A stretch of DNA of 64,000 nucleotides from an uncultured Verrucomicrobiae bacterium (GCA_963837955.1 CAWIPH010000002.1:128001-192000), one strand, 5' to 3'; positions 47,863 to 56,743 are shown, counted from the stretch's first letter. Made by a program: numbers and translations. Notes: generated by a model not told the origin, from the sequence alone.

Positions 47863-48780
47863 ATGAGGAAACGTCGTTCTTTTCGAGTCCATATTCTGGT
47901 TTTCCTGGCGCCGGCGGTGCTGATTTACACCGCCTTCATGATTTACCCGCTTTTCGATTCGCTCTGGCTCTCGCTGAATAACAAGACCCCGACAGCAAGC
48001 CACGTCTTCGTTGGCATCCAGAATTACCAAGCCTTGTTTGGGCAAGAACAATGGTCGAAGCCGTTTTGGAACGCTCTGCGCAACAACGCGATCTTTTTTG
48101 TTATCCACATGCTCGTACAAAACCCAATCGGGTTATTCCTGGCGGCCCTTCTGGGAACCCGGATTCGCGGAAATTCGATCTATCGAAGCATCATTTTCAC
48201 TCCGACTATCTTGTCGGTGGTGATCGTTGGTTTTGTCTGGAAACTGATTCTGAACCCAGCGTGGGGAATCTCCCGGAGTCTTCTGACGACGGTTGGTCTG
48301 GGCGGTCTGGATACGCCTTGGTTAGGCCTTGAGTCCACCGCGCTCGCCACCCTCTCGTTGATTTCAGTTTGGCAAAATATTGGTATCCCTATGATGTTGT
48401 TTCTGGCCGCGCTTATCCGCGTTCCAGAAGAGCTGCTGGAGGCAGCTAAAGTCGATGGAGCGGGGGTTTGGAAGATTTTCTGGAGGATCCAGTTTCCCCT
48501 GATCCTGCCGTCGGTTGGTATCGTCGCAGTGCTGACATTCGTAGGAAACTTCAACGCTTTCGAACTGATCTACGCTACCCAAGGTGCGTTGGCCGGGCCA
48601 AATTTTGCTTCCGATATCCTGGGGACGTACTTCTTTCGAACTTTCTTTGGCTACCAGCTTCAGCCGGCCGACCCGTTCATGGGTTCCACTGTTGCCGGTG
48701 TCATGCTCCTCATCATATTGGCCGGCGTTCTGATCTACTTCTTTGGTTGGCAACGCCGTCTGCAACAGATCCAGTACTAG
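47863..48780 (+). CDS. Carbohydrate ABC transporter permease
   Basis: 'ELLEAAKVDGA', 'TFVGNFNAFELIY'. Confidence 0.92.
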   Translation: MRKRRSFRVHILVFLAPAVLIYTAFMIYPLFDSLWLSLNNKTPTASHVFVGIQNYQALFGQEQWSKPFWNALRNNAIFFVIHMLVQNPIGLFLAALLGTRIRGNSIYRSIIFTPTILSVVIVGFVWKLILNPAWGISRSLLTTVGLGGLDTPWLGLESTALATLSLISVWQNIGIPMMLFLAALIRVPEELLEAAKVDGAGVWKIFWRIQFPLILPSVGIVAVLTFVGNFNAFELIYATQGALAGPNFASDILGTYFFRTFFGYQLQPADPFMGSTVAGVMLLIILAGVLIYFFGWQRRLQQIQY

Positions 48781-48789
48781 AGAGCGAAG

Positions 48790-49626
48790 ATGGCAAAACC
48801 GGATTCTAACGTTTGGCGAACCTGCGTTACCCACATCGCCCTCTTAGCCTATTCCGCATTTGCGCTGTTTCCGGTGCTGCTGATCATCATGAATTCTTTT
48901 AAAGATCGGCTCACGATCTTCAGCGCACCCTTTGCGCTGCCAGACGCACAGACCTTCACGTTGGACGGGTACCAAACCCTCTCCTCGATTGCTCACTTCG
49001 AGCTGTTCTTTCTCAACAGTTTCCTGGTTACAGCAAGCTCCCTGGCACTCATCGTCGGGGTCAGCTCAATGGCGGCTTTTGCGCTGGCCGAGTACAAGTT
49101 CAGACTCAATTTCTTGACCGGACTCTACCTGGCTATCGGCATCATGGTTCCGATTCGATTGGGTACAGTGGGTATTCTGCGGCTCATGGTGGACCTGCAC
49201 CTTGTTAACACTCTTTGGTCTTTGATCCTGATCTATACCGCGCAAGGCATTCCGCTAGCCGTCTTCATTTTGACCGCTTTCATGCGGCAGTTGCCCAAAG
49301 ATCTCAAAGATGCGGCTCGGATTGACGGTGCCAGCGAATACCGGATTTACTGGCTCATCTTACCACTGGTGCGGCCCGCGATCGGCTCGGTGTTGGCCAT
49401 TTCGATGCTACCGATTTGGAACGATCTGTGGTTTCCGCTCATCCTAGCTCCGGGCGAAGCCACCAAGACATTGGTTCTGGGAGCACAAACATTTCTCGGA
49501 GAGTTTACGAATGACTACAATGCGGTCTTGGCGGCATTAACGTTGGCCATTTTGCCTCCGGTGCTGCTCTACTTTGCCTTCTCGCGGCAGCTCATCCGCG
49601 GCATTACGGCCGGGGCCGTCAAATAG
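48790..49626 (+). CDS. Carbohydrate ABC transporter permease
   Basis: 'LKDAARIDGA', 'IWNDLWFPL', 'GITAGAVK'. Confidence 0.93.
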   Translation: MAKPDSNVWRTCVTHIALLAYSAFALFPVLLIIMNSFKDRLTIFSAPFALPDAQTFTLDGYQTLSSIAHFELFFLNSFLVTASSLALIVGVSSMAAFALAEYKFRLNFLTGLYLAIGIMVPIRLGTVGILRLMVDLHLVNTLWSLILIYTAQGIPLAVFILTAFMRQLPKDLKDAARIDGASEYRIYWLILPLVRPAIGSVLAISMLPIWNDLWFPLILAPGEATKTLVLGAQTFLGEFTNDYNAVLAALTLAILPPVLLYFAFSRQLIRGITAGAVK

Positions 49627-49680
49627 ACTGATAATCCAAAGACGGAACCACAGATTTGAGATTGGACCGCAGATTGCGCA

Positions 49681-49839
49681 GTAGCCTGATGCTCCAGCCT
49701 CAGGAAGCATATCAGTGATCAGTGATTAGATTAGTGAGAGGTTGGTGGATGCCTATCGACAAATCCACGGCAGAAACCGCCCACCATTCACCAATCACTT
49801 CTCACACGCTGGACCCCTGAGGCTGGAGCATCAGGCTAC
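49681..49839. repeat. Family A REPIN
   Basis: Perfect 24-bp inverted arms GTAGCCTGATGCTCCAGCCTCAGG / CCTGAGGCTGGAGCATCAGGCTAC, flanked on both sides by TGCGCA. Confidence 0.9.
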
Positions 49840-49889
49840 TGCGCAATCTGTGGATCTCCTTTTCTTCGGTCTTTGGGCTACAGATAATT

Positions 49890-50867
49890 ATGCGCGTCGG
49901 AATCGCCGGTACTGGAACAATGGGGGAGGTTCACGCTGCCGCGTGGCGAAGCACGGGCGCTGAGCTGATAGGGTGTACGTCGGGCAATTCGGTCCAGGCC
50001 GAAGCTGTGGCTAAACGTTACCAGATGCGGGTCTTCAGTGATTACGCTGAGCTTCTGGACGCTGTGGAAATAGTGGATATCTGCACCCCGACTCCGCTGC
50101 ACAAACCGATGGTGCTGGAAGCGGCTAGAGCCGGCAAGCATGTGATTTGTGAAAAGCCGATCGCTCTAACGCCGGAGGACGCTCGAACTATGATCCTGGC
50201 ATGTAACGAAGCAGGGGTCCGGTTCTTTGTAGGGATGGTTGTGCGGTTCTTTCCGCAGTATCGACTGGCGAAAGAACTGGTGGCTAACGGCCAGATCGGG
50301 AAGCTGGCTGTTTTGCGGCTCAAACGCGTGGCCTACGTACCGCAAAAGCCTGCGGAGAACTGGTACTTCGATGCAACCCTTTCGGGCGGTATGGTGGTAG
50401 ATCTGATGATCCATGACTTCGACTACGCCCGCTGGTTGGCCGATGAAGTCGAACGCGTCTATGCCCGAAGAAGTCGGTCGGCGAAAGGACCAGCTGAGTA
50501 CGTCCAAGCTATTATCCGCTTTCGGAATGGAGCTATTGGCCTGGTCGAGGGAGGCTGGGCCTATCCGCCAGGGACTTTTCGAACTGGCCTTGATCTCTCG
50601 GGTACCGATGGCCTGATTGAGTGGAACTCGGACCAGCCGTCGCCGGTCCTGACCTTTTTCCCTCCTAAGCCGAAGGACACGGATTCTGTCGGCCTTCCGG
50701 TATCAGGGCTTGCCGAAGACCCATACACTCTGGAGATTCGGCACGCCTATCACGCCATTGTGGGAGGAACGGACTTCGAGGTCACAGCTGAAGACGCCCT
50801 CGAAGCTCTTCGGATCAGTTTGGCGGTCAAAGAATCCTTATCTACCGGTAAACCGGTGTCGCTTTGA
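49890..50867 (+). CDS. Gfo/Idh/MocA family oxidoreductase
   Basis: 'VGIAGTGTMG', 'ICEKPIA', 'GGMVVDLMIHDFD'. Confidence 0.93.
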   Translation: MRVGIAGTGTMGEVHAAAWRSTGAELIGCTSGNSVQAEAVAKRYQMRVFSDYAELLDAVEIVDICTPTPLHKPMVLEAARAGKHVICEKPIALTPEDARTMILACNEAGVRFFVGMVVRFFPQYRLAKELVANGQIGKLAVLRLKRVAYVPQKPAENWYFDATLSGGMVVDLMIHDFDYARWLADEVERVYARRSRSAKGPAEYVQAIIRFRNGAIGLVEGGWAYPPGTFRTGLDLSGTDGLIEWNSDQPSPVLTFFPPKPKDTDSVGLPVSGLAEDPYTLEIRHAYHAIVGGTDFEVTAEDALEALRISLAVKESLSTGKPVSL

Positions 50868-50870
50868 GGT

Positions 50871-51881
50871 ATGGCTATCCGGATCGGCATTCTGAGTTTT
50901 GCACACCTGCATGCGGAGGGTTATCAGGCCAACCTGAGAACCATTCCTGAAGTGGATTTGATAGGATTTTCCCACGAAAATGCAGAGGAAGGCCGTTTCT
51001 TTGCCGCGAAGTACGGGCTCCGCTGGTTTCCCGAACATCGGGAGCTACTGGCCGAAGGGCTCGATGGAGTATTGATCTGTGCGGAGAACGCCCATCACCG
51101 CGAACTGGTCGAGATGGCTGCCGAAGCCAAGTGCCAGATCTTATGTGAGAAGCCCATCGAGACCAATCTTGTCGACGCCATAGCGATGGAGTCGAGTTGC
51201 GCAAAAAACGGGGTACGTTTCATGACGGCGTTCCCCATGCGCTTCGCTCCTTCGGCTCAGGCCGTACGCACCATGATCCAGAACCGGGAGCTTGGGAACG
51301 TACTTGGAGTAAACGGCATCAATCACAGCGAAATTCCGAAAGGTCACCGAGCCTGGTTTGCCAACAAGGCGCTTGCCGGGGGAGGGGCGGTCATGGATCA
51401 CACCGTCCACCTGGTTGACCTCCTTCGCTGGTATTTCGAGGTCGAGGTGGCGGAAGTCTATGCTGAGGTGGACAATCTTTTTTATCCTGACGAGGTCGAG
51501 GTGGACACCGCCGGTCTGATGCTCCTGACGTTTTCCAATGATCTGCAAGCTAGTATCGACTGCAGCTGGAGCCGCCCGACTTCATACCCGCGCTGGGGGC
51601 ATTTGAAGATGGAAGTAATCGGGGAAGAGGGTACAGCCGTGATGGACAGCTTTGCCCAATACCTGACGCTTTATTCGAACGGCGGCCCCAGGAATCCAAG
51701 CTGGATCGGGTTCGGTCCCGATCCAAACCAGGGGATGATTGAGGAATTCGTGGCTAGCATCCGTCAGAATCGCGAGCCGTGCGTGACCTGGAACGATGGT
51801 TACCAAGCTCTGCGGGTAGCCTTAGCGGCTTACGAATCGGCACATTCCAACGAGCCGGTAAGGCTGCTTGCAGTAGACTGA
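50871..51881 (+). CDS. Gfo/Idh/MocA family oxidoreductase
   Basis: 'IGILSFAHLHA', 'LCEKPI', 'GGAVMDHTVHLVD'. Confidence 0.93.
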   Translation: MAIRIGILSFAHLHAEGYQANLRTIPEVDLIGFSHENAEEGRFFAAKYGLRWFPEHRELLAEGLDGVLICAENAHHRELVEMAAEAKCQILCEKPIETNLVDAIAMESSCAKNGVRFMTAFPMRFAPSAQAVRTMIQNRELGNVLGVNGINHSEIPKGHRAWFANKALAGGGAVMDHTVHLVDLLRWYFEVEVAEVYAEVDNLFYPDEVEVDTAGLMLLTFSNDLQASIDCSWSRPTSYPRWGHLKMEVIGEEGTAVMDSFAQYLTLYSNGGPRNPSWIGFGPDPNQGMIEEFVASIRQNREPCVTWNDGYQALRVALAAYESAHSNEPVRLLAVD

Positions 51882-52049
51882 TGCTCCAGCCTCAGGGAGC
51901 GCGTTGGTGATCGGTGGGAGATTTTCTGCCGAGGATTTGCCGATAGGCTCCACCAATCACTTCTCACCAATCACCTCTTATACGCAGCGCCCCCCTGAGC
52001 CAGGAGGATCAGGCTACGGCAGGATCAGGCTACGGCGGGATCAAGCTAC
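51873..52049. repeat. Family A REPIN with a triplicated right end
   Basis: GTAGACTGATGCTCCAGCCTCAGG ... GGATCAGGCTAC x2 + GGATCAAGCTAC. Confidence 0.85.
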
Positions 52050-52076
52050 GATCATTGCGAAAAAGTTGTTGTGCGT

Positions 52077-52103
52077 TGTCCTAATTGTGACCGCTCATTC
52101 GTC
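52077..52103 (+). promoter_or_regulatory. Candidate ECF42-dependent promoter
   Basis: TGTCCT-N17-CGTC upstream of the DUF899-YciI-ECF42 operon; resembles the TGTCGA..CG(A/T)C motif reported for ECF42. Confidence 0.5.
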
Positions 52104-52163
52104 GCATAATTGAACCGAACACAAGGTGCAGATTCAGCGATCACGTTTACGGACGAGCAAAAT

Positions 52164-52967
52164 ATGAACACGCAGACAAAGACTTCCGAAGGAAGAAAAG
52201 GTATTTCAGACCATCCAATCGTTTCGCGAGAAGAATGGGTTAGGCTTCGCAAGGAGCTGCTCAAGAAAGAGAAGGAGTTTACGCGGCTGCGCGACCAGTT
52301 GAACGCCGAATGCCGCGAGCTGCCCTGGGTCAAGGTGGAGAAGCGGTACCTCTTTGACGGGCCGGACGGCAAGGAGACGCTCGCCGACCTCTTCGATGGA
52401 CGCAGCCAATTGATCGTCAATCACTTCATGCTGGGTCCGGGATGGAAAGAAGGTTGTGTGGGCTGCTCGTTTGGAGCCGATCATAATGACGGGATCCTCG
52501 TGCACCTCCAGCATCACGACGTAACGTTTGTCGCGATCTCGCGAGCGCCCCTACCCGAGATCGAAGGCTTCAAGAAGCGCATGGGCTGGGGCTTTAAGTG
52601 GGTGTCGTCATTTGAGAGCGACTTCAATTACGATTATCACGTGTCGTTCACCAAAGAGCAGATCGCGAAGGGCAAGGTGTACTACAACTACGACGTGCAA
52701 GAATTCCAGATCGATGAACTTGCCGGCACTAGCATGTTCTACCGGAACGAGACCGGCGACATCTTCCACACCTATTCAGCTTACGCGCGCGGCAGCGAAA
52801 TGTTGGGGGGCGCGTACGGTTACCTCGACCACTTGCCGAAGGGCCGCAACGAGACGGGCCCCAACCACAACCTGTCCGATTGGGTGCGGCACCACGACAG
52901 GTATGACGATGGCGGGCTAGTCAGCGCGACGGGACGATTCCAACCTGCCAAAACATCGGATTCGTGA
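52164..52967 (+). CDS. DUF899 family thioredoxin-like protein
   Basis: 'VSREEW..LLKKEKEFTRLRD..ELPWVKVEK.Y.F..LADLFDGRSQLIV.HFM..GCVGCS..HTYSAYARG..PKGRNE..WVRHHDRY'. Confidence 0.92.
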   Translation: MNTQTKTSEGRKGISDHPIVSREEWVRLRKELLKKEKEFTRLRDQLNAECRELPWVKVEKRYLFDGPDGKETLADLFDGRSQLIVNHFMLGPGWKEGCVGCSFGADHNDGILVHLQHHDVTFVAISRAPLPEIEGFKKRMGWGFKWVSSFESDFNYDYHVSFTKEQIAKGKVYYNYDVQEFQIDELAGTSMFYRNETGDIFHTYSAYARGSEMLGGAYGYLDHLPKGRNETGPNHNLSDWVRHHDRYDDGGLVSATGRFQPAKTSDS

Positions 52968-52990
52968 CACAGTTCGAGGGAGGATAATTC

Positions 52991-53383
52991 ATGAGCACTC
53001 ATCGTTGTTGCGAAGTCACTGTGAGCGGTGGCCGCCGCGAGAGGGCCGGAACGCGAACCATGGATGGCGATCGGCGGCTGCCAAAGTTCGCCCGGCGTTG
53101 TTCTGAAATCGCGGGATGGATCGTTCCGAGCGCCACCCTGGCGCTTTTGCCCAAGTGTCCCGTATGTATAGCGACCTACGCTGTGATTGGAACCGGAGTC
53201 GGGCTTTCGGTCTCAACCGTGACCTTTCTGCGGACGCTGCTTGTGATCCTGTGTGTGCTGTTGCTGACATACCTCGTAGCCAAACGCGGGTGGCATTTCA
53301 TCGTATTGATTTTCGAGACGAGGAGAAAAACGGTCAAACAAACGATTGATCGAGCGCTGAACCATTGCGAAAGACAAATATGA
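52991..53383 (+). CDS. Small membrane protein with a PKCPxC motif
   Basis: 'LALLPKCPVCIATYAVIGTGVGLS' plus a TM helix; its stop overlaps the next ATG. Confidence 0.7.
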   Translation: MSTHRCCEVTVSGGRRERAGTRTMDGDRRLPKFARRCSEIAGWIVPSATLALLPKCPVCIATYAVIGTGVGLSVSTVTFLRTLLVILCVLLLTYLVAKRGWHFIVLIFETRRKTVKQTIDRALNHCERQI

Positions 53384-53787
53384 GCACACAGCCGACAACA
53401 TCCGAATACATGCTGTTATTCCGGAGCGGAGAGTGGGACAAGGATCTCTCCCCGGAAGAGATCCAGAAGATCATGGGCAAATGGAATGCCTGGTTCGAAC
53501 GGTTAAACCAGCAGGGGAAGGTCGTCAGCGCCCACCCTCTCGAGCGTGAGGGGAGGGTCGTTTCCGGGACAAAAGGGCGGCCGGTGGCCGATGGTCCTTT
53601 TGTTGAGTCCAAAGAAGCCATTGGCGGCTATTTCCTGCTGCAAGTCGGTGACCTCGAAGAGGCGGTGAAAATCGCCAAAGAGTGCCCAGCGGTGGAACAT
53701 GGTTTGACCGTTGAAGTCCGGCCGGTGGCGGAGCAGTGCCCGCCCATGCGATGGGCGAACGAGCAACTGACCCAGGCGACCGCTTGA
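53380..53787 (+). CDS. YciI/DGPF domain protein
   Basis: 'YMLLFR', 'VADGPFVESKEAIGGYFLL..EEAVKIAKECP..VEVRPV'. Confidence 0.92.
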   Translation: MSTQPTTSEYMLLFRSGEWDKDLSPEEIQKIMGKWNAWFERLNQQGKVVSAHPLEREGRVVSGTKGRPVADGPFVESKEAIGGYFLLQVGDLEEAVKIAKECPAVEHGLTVEVRPVAEQCPPMRWANEQLTQATA

Positions 53788-55076
53788 GCGAATTTCAAGA
53801 TAGCAGTGGCGCGCCCCCAGCAGAAATTTCCCAGTTGGCGGAACATCTCTTTCGCCATGAGGCAGGAAAGCTGGTTTCTGTCCTGACAGGAATCTTTGGA
53901 ATTGACCGCCTGCAATTGGCTGAGGATGTGGTCCAAGAAGCATTGGTCCGTGCGTTGAAGACGTGGCCCTATTATGGGATTCCGAAGAACCCCGCCGCGT
54001 GGATCACCCAAACGGCGAAGAACCTCGCGTTAGACTTGATTCGGCGGGAAAAGCTCTTCCGCGAAAAGCAGCCAGAAATTGTGGCAACCATTGAGCAGTG
54101 GCCGGGCGACTCAGTTGCTGGCGATTCGCCTTTATTCGACAGCGAAATAAGAGACGGCCGTCTGCGGTTAATGTTTGCGTGCTGCCATCCGCTTCTCCCG
54201 CCAGAGGCGCAGACGGCGCTGGCCCTTAAGACACTTTGCGGATTCAGCGCCGCCGAAATCGCGAAGGCATTTCTCACGACCGAGGTGGCGATTGCCAAGA
54301 GACTGACGCGAACCAGGCAAAAAATTCGCGAGCTACACATTCCCTTCGAGATTCCGTCCGGCGATGAGTTTTCAGCTCGTCTGGATGGTGTGCTACAAAC
54401 TCTCTATCTGCTTTTCAACGAAGGTTACAAGGCGTCGAGCGGTGACAGCCTCGTCCGGGAGGAACTGTGCTATGAAGCGATTCGTCTGGCGACATTGCTA
54501 GCCGAGCACCCGATGGGCAATCATCCCCGCACTCATGCTCTGGTCGCGCTGATGTTGTTGAACGGAGCGCGACTCTCCGCGCGAGTAGACACGGAAGGAA
54601 ATATTCTTCGTCTCAAGGAGCAGGATCGGTCGAGTTGGAACAAGGAAATGATCGGGCGCGGGATGTTACACTTAGGCCGATCGGCAGCGGGAGAAGAACT
54701 CAGCGGATACCATCTTCAGGCCGGTATTGCCGCCTGCCATTGCATGGCCGACGACTATGAGTCCACGGATTGGCCGAGAATCTTGTCCCTCTACGATCAA
54801 TGGATGGAGACGAATGATTCTCCGATCGTCGCCCTTAATCGTGCCGTGGCTGTTGCGAATGTGGACGGCCCCAAAGCCGGCATTGCGGCAGTCGAGGCAA
54901 TTCGGAACCGAGGTCAGTTAGATTCGTATTACCTGCTTTATGCGGTCCTCGGCGAGTTCGAGGCGCAACTGCATAACTTCCAGACTGCTACCGACAATTT
55001 CCGGAAGGCGCTGCAACTAACTGAGGTGAAATCGGAACAATCTTTTCTATCGAAACGGCTCCGGGATTGTGAATAG
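53784..55076 (+). CDS. ECF sigma factor with C-terminal DUF6596/TPR extension (ECF42 group)
   Basis: 'LAEDVVQEAL..W..GIPKNPAAW', 'LRLMFACCHP', 'EIAKAFL', 'LYLLFNEGY', 'YHLQAGIAACH', 'SPIVALNRAVA'; next to a DGPF protein. Confidence 0.93.
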   Translation: MSEFQDSSGAPPAEISQLAEHLFRHEAGKLVSVLTGIFGIDRLQLAEDVVQEALVRALKTWPYYGIPKNPAAWITQTAKNLALDLIRREKLFREKQPEIVATIEQWPGDSVAGDSPLFDSEIRDGRLRLMFACCHPLLPPEAQTALALKTLCGFSAAEIAKAFLTTEVAIAKRLTRTRQKIRELHIPFEIPSGDEFSARLDGVLQTLYLLFNEGYKASSGDSLVREELCYEAIRLATLLAEHPMGNHPRTHALVALMLLNGARLSARVDTEGNILRLKEQDRSSWNKEMIGRGMLHLGRSAAGEELSGYHLQAGIAACHCMADDYESTDWPRILSLYDQWMETNDSPIVALNRAVAVANVDGPKAGIAAVEAIRNRGQLDSYYLLYAVLGEFEAQLHNFQTATDNFRKALQLTEVKSEQSFLSKRLRDCE

Positions 55077-55555
55077 CAGGATCTGCGCATTCGACCTCCT
55101 CTGAGAACTTCGCGATCTCCTGTTCAAACTGAGGTGAAATCGGAACAATAGTTTCCATCGAAAAGACTACAGGATTGTGAATACCAGGATCTGCGCATTC
55201 AACCTCCTCTGGAATCTTCGTGATCTCCTGTTCAAAATGAGGCGAGATCGGAACAATCGTTTCTATCGAAAAGACTCCGGGATTGTGAATAGCAGGATCT
55301 GCACATTCAACCTCTGGGATCTTCGCGATCTCCTGTTCAAAACGAGGCGAGATCGGAACAATCGTTTCTATCGAAAAGACTACGGGACTGTGAACAGCGG
55401 GATCTGCACATTCGACCTCCTCTGGGATCTTCGCGATCTCCTGTTCAAAATGGGGTGAGATCTGAACAATCGTTTCCATCGAAAAGAATACCGGATTGTG
55501 AATAGAGGGGTTTGGCATTTCAACCTCCTCTGGGATCTTCGTGATCTCCTGTTCA
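55019..55555 (+). repeat. Tandem array, 5 x ~108 bp, containing the 3' end of the ECF42 gene
   Basis: Unit starts at 55019, 55127, 55235, 55340 and 55448 (periods 108, 108, 105, 108, 108). Confidence 0.95.
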
Positions 55556-56743
55556 AAACTCCGTCTTCGCGGTCTCTTTGTGGAGCATCTGATCGAAAAC
55601 AAGCTTTCCGGCGATCCAGACGCGCTGAACCGCGAATCGGTCATCGAAGAGCACTAAATCAGCAGTTTTACCCGACTGAATTGAGCCAAAACGGTCACCG
55701 ATCCCTAGGATCGTCGCCGGGGTGAGAGAGGCCATGCGCACGGCGTCGAATAGCGGGACATCGGCCCGCTGAATTACGGTTCGGACCAAATCAATCATCC
55801 GAGCCAAACTCCCTGCCAAGGCTGATTCATCTTCAAGCATGGCGTAACCGGGACCAACTTTGGACGCCACGCTCCCAAGTTGGAATTTCGTACCTTCCGG
55901 TAAGCCGGCGCCCGCCAACGAATCTGATACCAGGGCGATTCGCTCAGCACCTTTCGCCCGATACGCTAGTTTCAGTAACGTTGGCGATACATGGAATCCG
56001 TCGGCGACGAGTTCGCAGAAAACATTTTCATCTGCTAACGCGAACTCCAATGTACCGGCCTGCCGGAATAGGCCGCGTTTCGAGGCGCTCGACATCGCGT
56101 TGAACAGGTGGGTTACTTTCTTGAGGCCAACAGCAACCGCGGCTTGCATTTCCTGGTCTGAGGCCTCGGTATGACCGGCGCTCATGGTCACCCCGGCCCG
56201 GGTCGCAGCCTCAATGAGATCCAAAGCGCCGGGCAATTCTGGAGCGATGGTCATTTGGGAAATGCTTCGAGCCCGCGATAGAATCCAATCGCGTTCTTTT
56301 GCTCCGGGCGGGCCCATCAATTTCGGATTCTGAGCGCCCGCTTTCGACCGCGCAAGATGCGGTCCCTCGAGATGTACAGGCAATAGACGGGCTTTGGAGC
56401 TCTGCTTGGCGGTTTGCCAGGCGTCTAAGAAAGAATCGAAGTGATCGTAGGTCGTCGTGGCTGCGGTCGGACAAATAGACGTTGTTCCTCCCGAAAGATG
56501 AAAGTCAGCGGCAGTAAGAAACGCTTCGGCAGTGGCATCTAGAAAGTCTGAACCCCTACCTCCGTGAACGTGAAGGTCGATGAAGCCAGGGGCAAGATAA
56601 GACCCATTCGCGTCCATTCGATCCTGCACGTCCGGAAGAGCGCCCTCGCCGATCGTATGTATCAATTCATCAGCGATCAACAGCCAACCCCGATCCAAGA
56701 CTCGATCGGGCAAAATCAATCTCGCGTTATAGATGCATAGCAT
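55553..56743 (-). CDS. nagA: N-acetylglucosamine-6-phosphate deacetylase
   Basis: 'PGFIDLHVHG', 'HLEGP', 'TIAPE', 'GHT', 'THLFNAM', 'DGFHV', 'LAGS'. Confidence 0.93.
   Translation of the reverse strand: MLCIYNARLILPDRVLDRGWLLIADELIHTIGEGALPDVQDRMDANGSYLAPGFIDLHVHGGRGSDFLDATAEAFLTAADFHLSGGTTSICPTAATTTYDHFDSFLDAWQTAKQSSKARLLPVHLEGPHLARSKAGAQNPKLMGPPGAKERDWILSRARSISQMTIAPELPGALDLIEAATRAGVTMSAGHTEASDQEMQAAVAVGLKKVTHLFNAMSSASKRGLFRQAGTLEFALADENVFCELVADGFHVSPTLLKLAYRAKGAERIALVSDSLAGAGLPEGTKFQLGSVASKVGPGYAMLEDESALAGSLARMIDLVRTVIQRADVPLFDAVRMASLTPATILGIGDRFGSIQSGKTADLVLFDDRFAVQRVWIAGKLVFDQMLHKETAKTEF

Noticed and set aside
55019..55555. CRISPR array
   Set aside because: Whole 108-bp units are homologous, there are no unique spacers, and no cas genes are present.
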